A program made the position numbers and the translations under genes. The notes beneath the pieces were generated by a model. The model had not been told where the DNA came from. It was given only the letters and a program-made list of their open reading frames with translations, and searched no databases. Positions 1 through 10,795 of a stretch of DNA of 64,000 nt are shown here, one piece after another (position 1 is the first letter of the stretch; every line of letters starts with the position of its first letter). Origin of the DNA: Chrysemys picta bellii (taxonomy: Eukaryota). The stretch covers positions 289,540,001 to 289,604,000 of the forward strand of contig NC_088792.1 in the NCBI RefSeq assembly GCF_011386835.1, in the 5' to 3' direction.

Positions 1-942
1 TTCCGAGTGCCCTCCTCTGCCCCCCAGCATCTAGCTCCGGTTCAGCTGCAGCCCCCGAGCCTTGGGCTAGCCAGGGGGCAGTGGCATCTCCGCTGCACAT
101 CACTGGCGCTGGTGTCTGAGTCAGCTGCCCAGGTCACCTGCCAGCCGTAACGCTTGGTCCTAGAAGGGTGATGAGCCCATACCCAGGCGCCTCCCGAGGG
201 GATGTGCATGAGTTACCCCTCGGCAGCAGGGCCTGGCCCATCATGGGGGTAACAGGCCCCACTGCTTCACTCAGCTCCTCGTAAACCCAGAGAATCCAAA
301 CTGCCACCCGCGGTGCTATGGGAAAGTGGATGGGGAATCCGTCAACACCTCTTCTGAGATGGCGCACTAGGGATCCTAGAGCCCCCCCACTCCTGGGGGC
401 TAGTGAGCTGCTGGGCTGGCTCGGTGAAAACAGCCACACCCCGCTCCCAACCCCCCTGCAACAGGCAGATTTCAAGACTCCACGAGGGTTGGAGCATCCA
501 GCCACAACAGTCACCAAGCAACCCCCTGGGGCCTGTCTAATAAATACTGTAACTCAGACCAACCACTAGGTCTAGGGAACGGCGGTTACCATACCGACAG
601 GCTCGGTAACACCGATCGTCCCGACCTGGCAGCCGGCGAACAGAAGTGGTGGACAGACGGAGCAGGGCGGCTGTACCACGTGCCAGCTGCTGGTGGGGGG
701 TGAGAACAGCTTTAGGATTTTGTTGCTAGATGCAGGCCCATCGGCCCCATCGTCCAGTCTAGTTGCCTTTGAGGAAGGCTCCAATCCCTTCATCAAAGGG
801 CTGGCAGCTGCCAGCCCGAAGCAGGCGGAACTGTAACAAACGGGGAACAAACGGTTAATCCACGGCCAAGGGAGGTTTTTTAAATAGTTACCAAAGAATA
901 ACCGTGGCTCTCAGCTGGGTGTCCCGTTCTTGTCTCAAACAG

Positions 943-1038
943 CACCGCATGCGCCCAGAGATTTCCCAGCTGCTGGTGCCCCTCTTTTACAAACAGCTCA
1001 AAGACCACGATGCCGTGGCTGAATACGAACAGATCAAG
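943..1038 (+). CDS. ZNFX1-like: ZNFX1-like helicase, penultimate coding exon (HRMRPEISQLLVPLFYKQLKDHDAVAEYEQIK)
   Basis: Acceptor tctcaaacAG at 941-942, donor GTaggt at 1039; 96 nt, phase 0/0. Matches the ZNFX1/UPF1-family (Q)HRMxPEI motif and joins in frame to GVESS at 2457, as in ZNFX1 (..EKIK|GVSS..). Upstream exons were not found in 1-940. Confidence 0.92.
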
Positions 1039-2456
1039 GTAGGTGGAAACACTTCCCGTAGCTGGGAATCTGTCTGCCTGTGCCACGTGACGGAGCCACC
1101 TGCCAGCCCGGGCAAGAGTGTTCGGGGAGGGCGTGGGGAGCGAGGGCATGGTTATTACCAAAGGGATTCTAATGTATTAGATGCATCCCACTGAAGCTGT
1201 TAACAAGCCCACGGTAGAGCAAGAAACCAACTACAGGGCTGGTTGCTCCCATCCTTCTGCCTTGGCTCACCGAAGGAGCCTGCCATGCGCGCCTCAGGGC
1301 AGAGTTCATTTATCAGACTAGGTTCCCTCTGGATCCAGATGAAGCCAACGGGACCGGCTGGTGGAGACTCTGTGACTGGGGCATTTGTGAAGGCAGCTCT
1401 TTCTCCCCCACTTAGCCCTGTTAGGCAGCACTACAGCCCCCCGGTGCGGTGAATGGGGAGTTGCCCACGGCTGGCTTGTTTCCTTCGGTTTGTTCTCATC
1501 CTCACCTGTAGGGCTGGCTGGAGAATGCAGGGGAAAAATATCCCAAACACCGTTCCAGGAGATTTTGAACATTCAGCAAGTTCTGGCTGCTTGGGAAGCT
1601 GGAGGGAAACGTCCTCAGTTAACCATTCAGGGAGGATTTCTGCAAAACTATAGAAATTTCAAAACTTTTCCAGCCAGCCATAGTCATTTTTCTGTGTGTG
1701 CTCCTGGGTGTCTGGTGTGGGGGGCTCTTCCTTCTGGCTGGGGAGGCCAAGGGGAGTTTTAATGGTTAACTAACACACACACACACGCTTTGAAGGAAAA
1801 ATAAACACATGGGGTGCCCTAAGCACTAGATTATCCTTCCTCCCAGAGGTAACAGGCTCTTTCGTGCTCATCCTCTGCACCTTGGTTTTAAACAAGCCTC
1901 GGACCTGTAATTCTATGCTACTGCTGAGGTGTGACCGGCAGCATCAGGAAGTGGGATCTGAAGCCGTCTCCATGGGAGATGAGCTGCACACCAGCAAAGC
2001 CCAGTGACCCATATTTAGACCAGTTTCTCCTGCCTACCCCAAGGGTTAGCGGTAGTTCAGTCTTTGCATGGAATTCCTCTTCACTGCTCCTGGAAACGTG
2101 CCCTGTTCTGTAGTCGCCAGTAGTGGGCAAGGTGCTTCACGGGGGACTCAGAAAAGAGGCCAAACGCTTCTGCTCTAGCACCACCTCAGACGCTGTAGGC
2201 AGGATGCCATTCGCAGCCTACAGTAACAGCAGCCCATTCCCTCCCCTCGGCTACGGCTGAAGGAGCTGGTACCACCTGTAAAGCCCTTTGGGACAAAAGG
2301 GGTTAAAGGAATAGCGAGGGTTACTGGATCCCAGCTCCTTTGCCTCGGGCGGGACAGCTCTGCCTCCTCCCAGTTACAGATTGGGTTAAACATGCACATA
2401 TTAGCAGTCACTTCATTTTAAAAAATGCTCAGGGTGCCAACTCTCCCTGTCTGCAG

Positions 2457-5400
2457 GGCGTGGAGAGCAGTGTCTTCTTCATCCAGCACACAGCGGCCGA
2501 GAGCCACAGCGCTGACTCCGAGAGCTACAGCAACAGGTTTGAGGCTGCCTTCCTGGTCTCGCTGAGCAGATACCTCCTAGATCAGGGATACCACGAGAGC
2601 CAAGTCACCGTTCTGACCCCTTACCACGGCCAGGTGCTGAAAATCCGCACACTGATGAGGAGCAGGGACATGGGAGACGTGGCTGTCCATGCCGTGGATG
2701 ACTTTCAAGGGGAGGAGAATGACATCGTTCTTCTCTCGCTGGTACGAAGCAACAGAGAAGGGAGGATTGGTTTCCTCCAGGATAAAAATCGGCTCTGTGT
2801 GGCTCTCTCACGGGCCAGGAAGGGCTTCTATTGCATTGGAAACCTCGCTGGCATTGCAGCTGGCTCCAACAGCAAACTGTGGAAAGATATTCTACGTCTC
2901 CTAAAGAGAAAGAAACTTACGGGGGAAGGCCTGACGCTGGTGTGTCAAAATCACCCCGATACCAAGACAGTGGTGAAGGAGAGTTCGGACTTCAGTAAAA
3001 TCCCTGACGGAGGCTGCACGCTCCAGTGCCAAATCCGTCTGGAATGCGGCCACCCCTGCACGCGCCGCTGCCACCCGTACGACAGGGATCACAGCCTGTA
3101 CGTTTGTCAGTTCCAGTGCTCCAAGCTGTGTGAGCTCAACCACAGGTGTCCGAGAAAGTGCAAGGAACCTTGCGAACCTTGTTCCGTGGAAGTGGAAAAA
3201 GTCATTCCAAAGTGTGGGCACCTCCAGACCGTCCCCTGTCACATGCCAGCGGATCACTGGCTCTGCCAGGAGCCGTGCAAGCAGCTTCTGGAATGCAAAC
3301 ACCCATGCACACGCCGCTGTGGGGAAGCCTGCAGCACCTGCAGGTGCAAGGAAATGATTGACATCACTCTGCCCTGTTCTCACGTAATGAGAACTGAATG
3401 CTACAAGCAGAAAATGCCTCCGATCTGCCTTGAGACATGCAACCAGAAACTCGAGTGTGGACACCACTGCAAAGGAAACTGCTATGAATGCGTGCAAGGC
3501 AGGCTGCATGTCCACTGCCGTAACAAGTGCACGAGGGTCCTTCTGTGTTCCCACCAGTGCCAGGAATCGTGTTTTGAGAACTGTCCTCCGTGCAAGAGAC
3601 AGTGCCCCAACCAGTGCAGACACAGCCGCTGTGATAAGCCATGCGGGGAGATCTGTTTTCCCTGCATACAGCCCTGTTCCTGGAAATGCAGGCACTACCG
3701 GTGCACACAGCTGTGCTCCGAGACGTGCAATCGCCCCCGCTGCAGTGAGCCCTGCCAAAAATCACTCAAATGCAGCCACCCCTGCGCAGGCCTCTGTGGA
3801 GAGCCGTGTCCGCCCAAGTGTCGCACGTGCCACAGAGACGAGCTGGCCGAGATTTTCTTTGGGGCCGAAGACGAGCCGGATGCCCGTTTCGTTGTCTTAG
3901 AAGACTGCGGACACATTTTGGAGGTGCAGGGCCTGGATCGCTGGATGGACGGCGAGCCAGACAATGCTCAGGCCCAACACGTCCAGCTGAAGGTGTGCCC
4001 CAAATGCGCGACACCCATCCAGCATAACACACGTTACAACAACGTGATCAAGGCCATCCAGCAAAAAATCAAGGAGATCAAATTGAAGATTCAGGGAAAC
4101 AGGGAAGAACTTGAAGCTGGAAAGCAGCAACTGCTCCTTCGGCTGAACAGCGACAGAGACCTCGTGGCCTGGGCGGGTATGGAAAGCAGCATTCTGAACA
4201 CGGTCTCCCGTCAGAGCCTTCTGGACTTGGAGAACTCCCTAAATTTCTTTGCAAGTCTCTCCAGACTGAAGCAACAAGCGAAGAAGTGCACGGCGGCGAG
4301 AGAACGCAATTTGAAACGGAAGATTGAGGCCGTGGAGCACTGGATCGGCAGAAACAGACACGCCTTCACAGCTCAGCAGCTCAGGGAATGCAGGAATGAG
4401 ATCAAGAGGATATCGTACCTGGGAAACATCTTTGAGCGGCTGAGTGGCTACGAAAACAAACAAGCATCCCCCGAGGCCCTGGCCCTTGCTAACGAAGCCA
4501 TAGGCGTCCTCCAGCGGCAGGACCCTTTCACCCAGAGTCGGGAGGAATCTCTCCAGAGGGTGCTGGAGAAGATTGATGAGTGGCTTCCTGCGGCAGGACT
4601 GCAGCTCTCCGAGGCAGAGCGGGTCATGATAACAGAGGCCATGCAATTCGGCAGGGGCCACTGGTACAGATGCCCTCAGGGCCATTTGTACACGATTGGG
4701 GAATGCGGCCGTCCAATGCAGCAGAGCACCTGCCCCGAGTGTGGAGCTACCATTGGGGGGCAAAACCACACTCTCACTCGGGATAACATCGCCGACGATC
4801 AAATACTGGAACCCGCTAGCGCACAGGAGCGAGAACCACGTCTACAGGATAGTATCTTAGCTCTGCCCAGCTCCAGCGATCAGCCATGGTCCCCCACCTG
4901 CTGCCCGCCCAGCCCCCACCCTCAGCAAGACTCACCGCCCCCTCGCCCGCCCAGCCCCCACCCTCAACCGGACTCACTGCCCCCTTATCTTCCCAGCCCC
5001 AACCCTCAGCCGGACTCACCGCCCCCTCGCCCGCCCAGCCCCAACCCTCAACCAGACTCACCACCCCCTGGTCTGCCCAGCCCCCACCCTCAGCCGGACT
5101 CACCGCCCCCTCGCCCGCCCAGCCCCCACCCTCAGCCGGACTCACCGTCCCCTCGCCCGCCCAGCCCCCACCCTCAGCCAGACTCATCGCCCCCTCGCCC
5201 GCCCAGCCCCCACCCTCAACCGGACTCACCGCCCCCTCGCCCGCCCAGCCCCCACCCTCAACCGGACTCACCGCCCCCTCGCCCGCCCAGCCCCCACCCT
5301 CAACCGGACTCACCGTCCCCTCGCCTACCCAGCCCCCACCCTCAGGTGGTCTCATCGCCCCCTCGCCCGCCCAGCCCCCACCCTCAACCAGACTCACCAA

Positions 5401-5795
5401 CCCCTGGTCTGCCCAGCTCCCACCCTCAGCCGGACTCACCGCCCCCTGGTCTGCCCAGCCCCCACCCTCAGCCGGACTCACCACCCCCTGGTCTGCCCAG
5501 CCCCCACCCTCAGCCGGACTCACCACCCCCTGGTCTGCCCAGCCCCCACCCTCAGCCAGATTCATCGCCCCCTCGCCCGACCAGCCCCAACCCTCAACCG
5601 GACTCACCAATCCAGCTCCCCATGCCTGCCAGCCTTGCTAACCCCACACTCCCCCAGCCCCCCCTGCCAGCTGGCCTTGCCAACCCCCTGGCTGCTGTCA
5701 GGCCCCGCCGGCCTCGAACCCAGGCCCGTGGGCGTGCCAAGCAGGAGCCGTACTCTTTGCGCCACCGCGCAGCAAGGCAGGGAAACCGCTGCTAA
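2457..5795 (+). CDS. ZNFX1-like: ZNFX1-like terminal coding exon: helicase motifs V/VI, NFX1-type Zn fingers, RING-like motif, helical region, RZ finger, Pro-rich repeat tail
   Basis: Acceptor ctctccctgtctgcAG at 2455-2456; open to TAA at 5793-5795. Motifs: VDDFQGEENDIVLLSLVRSN, RLCVALSRARKG, LVCQNHP, many CxxxLxCGHxC units, IFFGAEDEPDARFVVLEDCGH, VCPKCATPI, GHWYRCPQGH...CPECGATIGGQNH. Confidence 0.95.
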   Translation, partial: GVESSVFFIQHTAAESHSADSESYSNRFEAAFLVSLSRYLLDQGYHESQVTVLTPYHGQVLKIRTLMRSRDMGDVAVHAVDDFQGEENDIVLLSLVRSNREGRIGFLQDKNRLCVALSRARKGFYCIGNLAGIAAGSNSKLWKDILRLLKRKKLTGEGLTLVCQNHPDTKTVVKESSDFSKIPDGGCTLQCQIRLECGHPCTRRCHPYDRDHSLYVCQFQCSKLCELNHRCPRKCKEPCEPCSVEVEKVIPKCGHLQTVPCHMPADHWLCQEPCKQLLECKHPCTRRCGEACSTCRCKEMIDITLPCSHVMRTECYKQKMPPICLETCNQKLECGHHCKGNCYECVQGRLHVHCRNKCTRVLLCSHQCQESCFENCPPCKRQCPNQCRHSRCDKPCGEICFPCIQPCSWKCRHYRCTQLCSETCNRPRCSEPCQKSLKCSHPCAGLCGEPCPPKCRTCHRDELAEIFFGAEDEPDARFVVLEDCGHILEVQGLDRWMDGEPDNAQAQHVQLKVCPKCATPIQHNTRYNNVIKAIQQKIKEIKLKIQGNREELEAGKQQLLLRLNSDRDLVAWAGMESSILNTVSRQSLLDLENSLNFFASLSRLKQQAKKCTAARERNLKRKIEAVEHWIGRNRHAFTAQQLRECRNEIKRISYLGNIFERLSGYENKQASPEALALANEAIGVLQRQDPFTQSREESLQRVLEKIDEWLPAAGLQLSEAERVMITEAMQFGRGHWYRCPQGHLYTIGECGRPMQQSTCPECGATIGGQNHTLTRDNIADDQILEPASAQEREPRLQDSILALPSSSDQPWSPTCCPPSPHPQQDSPPPRPPSPHPQPDSLPPYLPSPNPQPDSPPPRPPSPNPQPDSPPPGLPSPHPQPDSPPPRPPSPHPQPDSPSPRPPSPHPQPDSSPPRPPSPHPQPDSPPPRPPSPHPQPDSPPPRPPSPHPQPDSPSPRLPSPHPQVVSSPPRPPSPHPQPDSPTPGLPSSHPQPDSPPPGLPSPHPQPDSPPPGLPSPHPQPDSPPPGLPSPHPQPDSSPPRPTSPNPQPDSPIQLPMPASLANPTLPQPPLPAGLANPLAAVRPRRPRTQARGRAKQEPYSLRHRAARQGNRC
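3016..3830 (+). other. NFX1-type zinc-finger array (domain within ZNFX1-like CDS)
   Basis: Repeated C-x3-L-x-C-G/K/S-H-x-C-x3-C units in translation; boundaries approximate. Confidence 0.85.
4656..4775 (+). other. RZ finger (RNF213/ZNFX1-type transthiolating E3 module)
   Basis: GHWYRCPQGHLYTIGECGRPMQQSTCPECGATIGGQNHTL. The Cys (4704-4706) and His (4767-4769) at positions equivalent to the catalytic residues are retained. Confidence 0.9.
4893..5606 (+). repeat. Coding minisatellite, 17 x 42 bp (consensus peptide PPPRPPSPHPQPDS)
   Basis: Units counted directly in DNA and protein; 714 bp, frame preserved throughout. Confidence 0.95.
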
Positions 5796-6110
5796 TGCTC
5801 CACCTGCTGACTCAGCGGGGTCAGGTGACTAGCAGCAGACGGCTGATTGGACACCACTGGGCATAAACCTTCTTGCTCCTGTCCCACCCCTTGCTTGAGC
5901 AACCTGCACCAGGCCTGGCGCTGACCGGTCCCCGACAACCGAGTTCCTGGCTCCTTGTTCCTCCCCCTGACCCCAGTTACTGACTCCGGCTTTCACACCC
6001 GACATGGCTTCTGACTGACTCATCCCGGGACCCTTGGCGTGATTCCTGTCCATGGCCCTGACTCTGCTCTGAGCTTTGACTGCCCGTGTATGGTCCCTCG
6101 GTCTCTTCCG
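5696..6110 (+). mobile_element. Probable Ty3/Gypsy 5' LTR
   Basis: Begins TGTCA; has a ctgattggac..gcataaa promoter-like stretch and ctgactcc-rich U5-like sequence, and sits immediately upstream of a gag remnant. Boundaries inferred. Confidence 0.5.
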
Positions 6111-6139
6111 AGACTTGTTGCTGTTCCCCTGGACGGAGT

Positions 6140-6960
6140 ATGGACACTGCTGGGTCTTCCGCCACACCGACGCCCCAGAGAACTGTGCGTCTGCAGGAAC
6201 ACATCCCTGTCCTCCAGGCTGAGACCCAGAGCCTGAGAGATCACGTATGGCAACTGCAGACAGGAAACTTCTCCCTGCAGGTGCACATTGCAGCTCTCAG
6301 AGCAGCTGCAGGGACCACGTCTCCCCTTGTGACACCAGCTGGGTAACCAGCCCTAGAGTTCCGCTCGCAGAGATACCACGGCACCATCGGCAAGTTCTGC
6401 AGGTTTATTACCCAATGCAGACTCCTGTTTGTGCTCCAACCCCAGGAATATGCCGTGAACCAGGTCAAGGTGGGGCAGCTACTTAACTTGCTTACCGCGG
6501 AGGCCCTTGCATAGGCTTCTCTGTTTCTAGAGCAAGACCACCCTGTGTTGACAGGCTGGGCTTCTTTCCTGCACTCATTTGCTACCATTTGCGACGAATC
6601 GGCTAAAGCCCACATGGCAGAGATTGCCTTACGTAAGGGGATGGCCCCTTCCTATGTCGCCCAGACAGCATCTGCAATGATGTCACACTCCTCCATCAGT
6701 TTCAGTTCAATCGGTGTGATGAATTAAGGATGGGCTGACCTGGGTAGATGCTCCTGCCAAGTTGGAGGCTTTTATGGACCTGTGTATCAGGACAGACACC
6801 AGGCTCCATGAATGACAAATGGAACGCAGGCAGACTCTGTCTACATTCTGCACCTGCCCAAGGTTCAGGCCTCAGACTCAAGGAAGCCTGGTCCTGGTCA
6901 AGCCCAGGCAGATAGATGTGGTGCATGTCTCCAGGCGTGTGAGTGCGCCGGAGATGGGAA
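6140..6960 (+). mobile_element. Degenerate Ty3/Gypsy (sushi/PEG10-RTL-like) gag
   Basis: Hand translation of 6368-6600: QRYHGTIGKFCRFITQCRLLFVLQPQEYAVNQVKVGQLLNLLTAEALA*ASLFLEQDHPVLTGWASFLHSFATICDES, a typical retrotransposon gag segment with a stop at the conserved W. Confidence 0.8.
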
Positions 6961-7338
6961 AACCGGTTTCTACTGTGAGCAAAAAACCAGTCTGTGGTAA
7001 TTTGCAGAGAAATGCTAAATCTTTTTTTTTTTTAAATGAAGGTTTTAATACTTAAACTTTAGCGAGGAATAGAAAAAGATTTGATGTCTATTATAACAGG
7101 AGTTAAAAGTTTAATTGTTTTTTTACATGGTTTAAGCATGACTTGCTTTATTCTTTTAGTGGTAAAAATTATGTCTGAATTCTGTTTGCATATAAATAGT
7201 ATTAACCGCCTCCGAAGTCAAAGGGGGATACAAGAGATTTTTCAGCTGCTCTGTGTAAGGAATTCAGCACTAAGAGCGCTGCACAGCCACCACGAGCCGA
7301 AGCAGGGAGGAGAGACAGAAATTAAACTTGTTTAAAAT

Positions 7339-7344
7339 AATAAA
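7339..7344 (+). terminator. Candidate poly(A) signal for ZNFX1-like
   Basis: First AATAAA seen after the stop codon (ATTAAA also at 7321). Confidence 0.35.
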
Positions 7345-7502
7345 AAATGGAGCAGTGGCAGTAAATGGTAGGGTTAGGGCCTGCTTAGATATGGATAGCT
7401 TATAACTGTAGAGGTTTAATAGTTAAGACAGTTGTAGGTGGTTTCGGCTAGTGATAACAAGGTGGCCATCACAAGCAGTCACAGAGAAATCCAAAATGGA
7501 GG

Positions 7503-8648
7503 TGTGACGGGTTGGATCACAGAAACCCCCTTGGGAGCTGCCACCTGATGTGCAAAGACTACCCCTGCTTCTGTTTTCCCTGCCAGCTCAGGACTCCAGC
7601 ACCCTGTCTTGCTGAGCCAGACACTCCCGTCTGCTCCGACACAGACCCAGGGTCTGAATCACTTGCCCCAAAGCTGCAAGTTTACCTGAAAACAGCTCAC
7701 AGAAGTGTGCTTGTCTTTAGCACTCAGATGCCCAACTCCCAATGGGGTCTAAACCCAGATAAATCCGTTTTACCCTGTATAAAGCTTATGCAGGGCAAAC
7801 TCATAAATTGTTCGCCCTCTATAACACTGATAGAGAGATATGCACAGTTGTTTGCTCCCCCAGGTATTAATACATACTCTGAGTAAATTACTAAATAAAA
7901 AGTGATTTTATTAAATACAGACAGTAGGATTTAAGTGGTTCCAAGTAGTAACAGACAGAACAAAGTAAGTCACCAAGCAAAATAAAATAAAACACACACA
8001 TCTATGTCTAATCAAACTGAATACAGATAATCTCACCCTCAGAGATGCTTCAGTAAGTTTTTTTCCTCAGACTGGACACCTTCCAGGCCTGGGCACAATT
8101 CTTTCCCCTGGTACAGCTCTTGTTGCAGCTCAGGTGATAGCTAGGGGATTCTTCATGATGGCTCCTCTCTCCCCTCTCTTCTCTTCCACCCCTTTATATA
8201 TCTTTTGCATAAGGCGGGAACCCTTTGTCCCTCTGGGTTTCCACCCCCCTCACTGGAAAAGCACCAGGTTAAAGATGGATTCCAGTTCAGGTGACATGAT
8301 CACATGTCACTGCAAGACTTCATTGCCCACTTGCCAGCACACACATATACAGGAAGACTCACAGGTAAACACAGCCATCTGCAGACAATGGGAGTCATCA
8401 AGATTCCAAACCATCCTTAATGTCCCACACTTTACATAATTACAATAGGCCCTCAGAGTTCTATTTTATATTTCTAGTTTCAGATACAAGAGTGGTACAT
8501 TTATACAAATCGGATGATCACACTCAGTAGATTATGAGCTTTGTAATGATACCTTACAAGAGACCTTTTGCATGAAGCATATCCCAGTTACGTTATATTC
8601 ACTTTTTACCATATTTTTCTAAAACCATACAGACTGCACAACGTCACA
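7503..8648. mobile_element. Solo LTR with 5-bp TSD
   Basis: Termini TGTGACG...CGTCACA (inverted); flanked by direct repeat GGAGG at 7498-7502 and 8649-8653. Confidence 0.85.
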
Positions 8649-10795
8649 GGAGGTCTGGGAGTGATTCAGCCAACAGCAAGTAGGGAGGCTGAGGTGAAAT
8701 AAAGGTCACTCCAAAACCTGAAGGGAGAGGTCAATCAGGCAAGATGCAAGTCGTCAATCAGGTCAGCCAAATAAGGCACAAGTTTTCAATCAGGTCTAGC
8801 TCTGATTGACAGATAGAGGGCTTAAACATGATTGGTGGGAATGCTTAGGATTGTAAAAATAACCAATCCCAATAGGCCAAAATCTGTATAGAAGGCAGAG
8901 AGCGAACACTCGTGAGTCAGAGTGAGTGGAAGGTACTGGTGTGTATAAGCAGTAGGAGAATCAAGAATAAAAAGAAAAGAACTAAAATCACTTAAGCAGT
9001 AACAATGGAGCAGTAGCAACACCGACAGAGCAGAAGCAGCTCTCAGAGGGAAAAGAAGATAGCAGAGAAAGCAAATTAACTCTCCAGGGTAAGAATAATT
9101 AAGCTGTGTGAATGTAAGGGTCCGGGATAATAAAGCTGGATGTTTTTGTTCGTTATGATTTAGATGTTTAAGGATTTGCTGTCAGCATTGTGTGTGTGAC
9201 TAGTCATCACATATGGAATGTAACCACTTGAAGCAATTTAAAAACTGTATGATACTGCAATTGTGAATACTTAAAGTCAATTAGCACAGATCACATTATG
9301 CTTTGTTAAGAACATTTATGGATTCTTTATCTTCTTAATAAACATGTTGGATTAGGGAATATGTTAGTAAAGAATATTCTTGTTTTCAAAGAATACTGCC
9401 TGAATGTCAATCCTTTGAGCAGAAGACTGTATCCGTGTCCTTCCAAGGATCAACAGAGCTAGTCTGTCTTCCTGAGGGGAGGGGATTATAGATGCTAGCG
9501 TGATCATCTGGAACTTCAGCTTTTGAATAATGATGTTGAGTTGCTGAAGGTCCAGGGTGGGTCTCCACTCTTGGTCTTTTGTGGGGATTAGGAAATATGG
9601 GAAGTAGAACCCTCCCCTCTTCTGCGGTAAAGAGATGGGACGTGTTCTACTGCCCCTCAGTGTAAAAGGGATTCTGCCTACTATTGAAGAATCACCTCAT
9701 GAGAGGGGTCCCCAAAGGGGAAGAGGGGGAGGAAGGGGGTTTGTGAGCTGGCAAGGAAAGAAACTACGAAATATTCCTGGTGGATAATCTCCGGAACCTA
9801 AACTGTTCATTGTGATCTTGTTCCAGCTGTGGGTTAAAAGTGTAAGATGGCCCCCAAAATGACAGGGGACAGATGACTGGCAACAGCAGTGGTGTATGGA
9901 TCTCGACCAATGTGTCAAAAGTGGCTCTTGACTGGGGGTGGATAGTGAGGAGAGACTGGCAGTAGAGGGGGCCAAGAGTGAGGCCTCTGAATCCTCTGGC
10001 ATTTGTGCAGAGGCTGGGTTGTGCACTGGTGATAAGATGCACGAGGAGGGGGTGGCCTTGGTCTATTGGACTGCGTCTGGGGTTTCCTCCTAGGGGCTGG
10101 CGTATAAGTCCCCAGAGAATGCAGCATCAATCTTGAGTTTTTTAGTGAGTGCAGGGACTCAGCGGTTTTCTTGTTGAATGGATTCGACTCGTCAAATGGA
10201 AGGTCCTGGATGGCAGTTTGGACCTTGCTAGGGAACCCTGCCGGTTGTAGCCAGGAATCCCCCTCAGGACTAGACCAGAGGCTAAACTTCTGGAAGCCAG
10301 GTCCACCACATGCAGTGCAGCCCGGAGGGTTACGTTTGCCACTAGCCTCCCCTCCTCTAAGAGAGGCTGAAATGGACCCCCATCTTCTGTGGGAAGCTTG
10401 TCTGTGAAGTCCACAAGCCTGGAATAAGTATTAAAATCCTATTTCACTAGCACCACTTGTTAGTTAGCAACATTAAATTGCAGGCCTCTGGAGGAGACCA
10501 CCTTCCTCCCCACACAGTCCAGTCTTTTAGAGCCTTTATCTTCCAGGCTGGCCCCACGCTTTCATCGACCATCGGTACCACCGGCAACTTGGGGACAGGG
10601 TAGAATGAGAATTCAGCCCCTTTGGCAGGAACAAAACACTGTCTCTCAGCCCTTTTCGGTGTGGGGGAACAGGATGCTGGAGTGTGCCATCCCACTCTAG
10701 CCGGTTCTAGTATGGACTCAGTGATGGGTAGGGCTGCCTTACTCGGCTCCTGAGACTGCACAATGTCCAGGAGCTGGCATTGAGGGTCCTAGACC

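Larger units (their letters stand above)
7254..9209 (+). mobile_element. Possible ERV-type solo LTR hosting the 7503-8648 insertion
   Basis: TGTAAG start, CATCACA end, TATA-like tataag at about 8944 and AATAAA near 9130. No TSD verified. Confidence 0.35.

Noticed and set aside
1-940. Upstream ZNFX1-like exon (IGDHxQL motif)
   Set aside because: Not found in the plus-strand frames inspected; presumably upstream of the window.
2340-2456. First 39 codons of the 1151-aa ORF as the gene's N-terminus
   Set aside because: Intronic: a good acceptor at 2455-2456 joins the upstream exon in frame, and homology starts at GVESS.
2901-4802. Several long antisense ORFs over the ZNFX1-like exon
   Set aside because: Shadows of a GC-rich coding strand; no recognisable motifs.
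4816-5641. 264-aa antisense and 251-aa alternative-frame ORFs
   Set aside because: By-products of a stop-free 42-bp repeat.
6140-6960. Domesticated gag gene (PEG10/RTL-like)
   Set aside because: In-frame stop at the conserved Trp and frameshifts; a decayed element.
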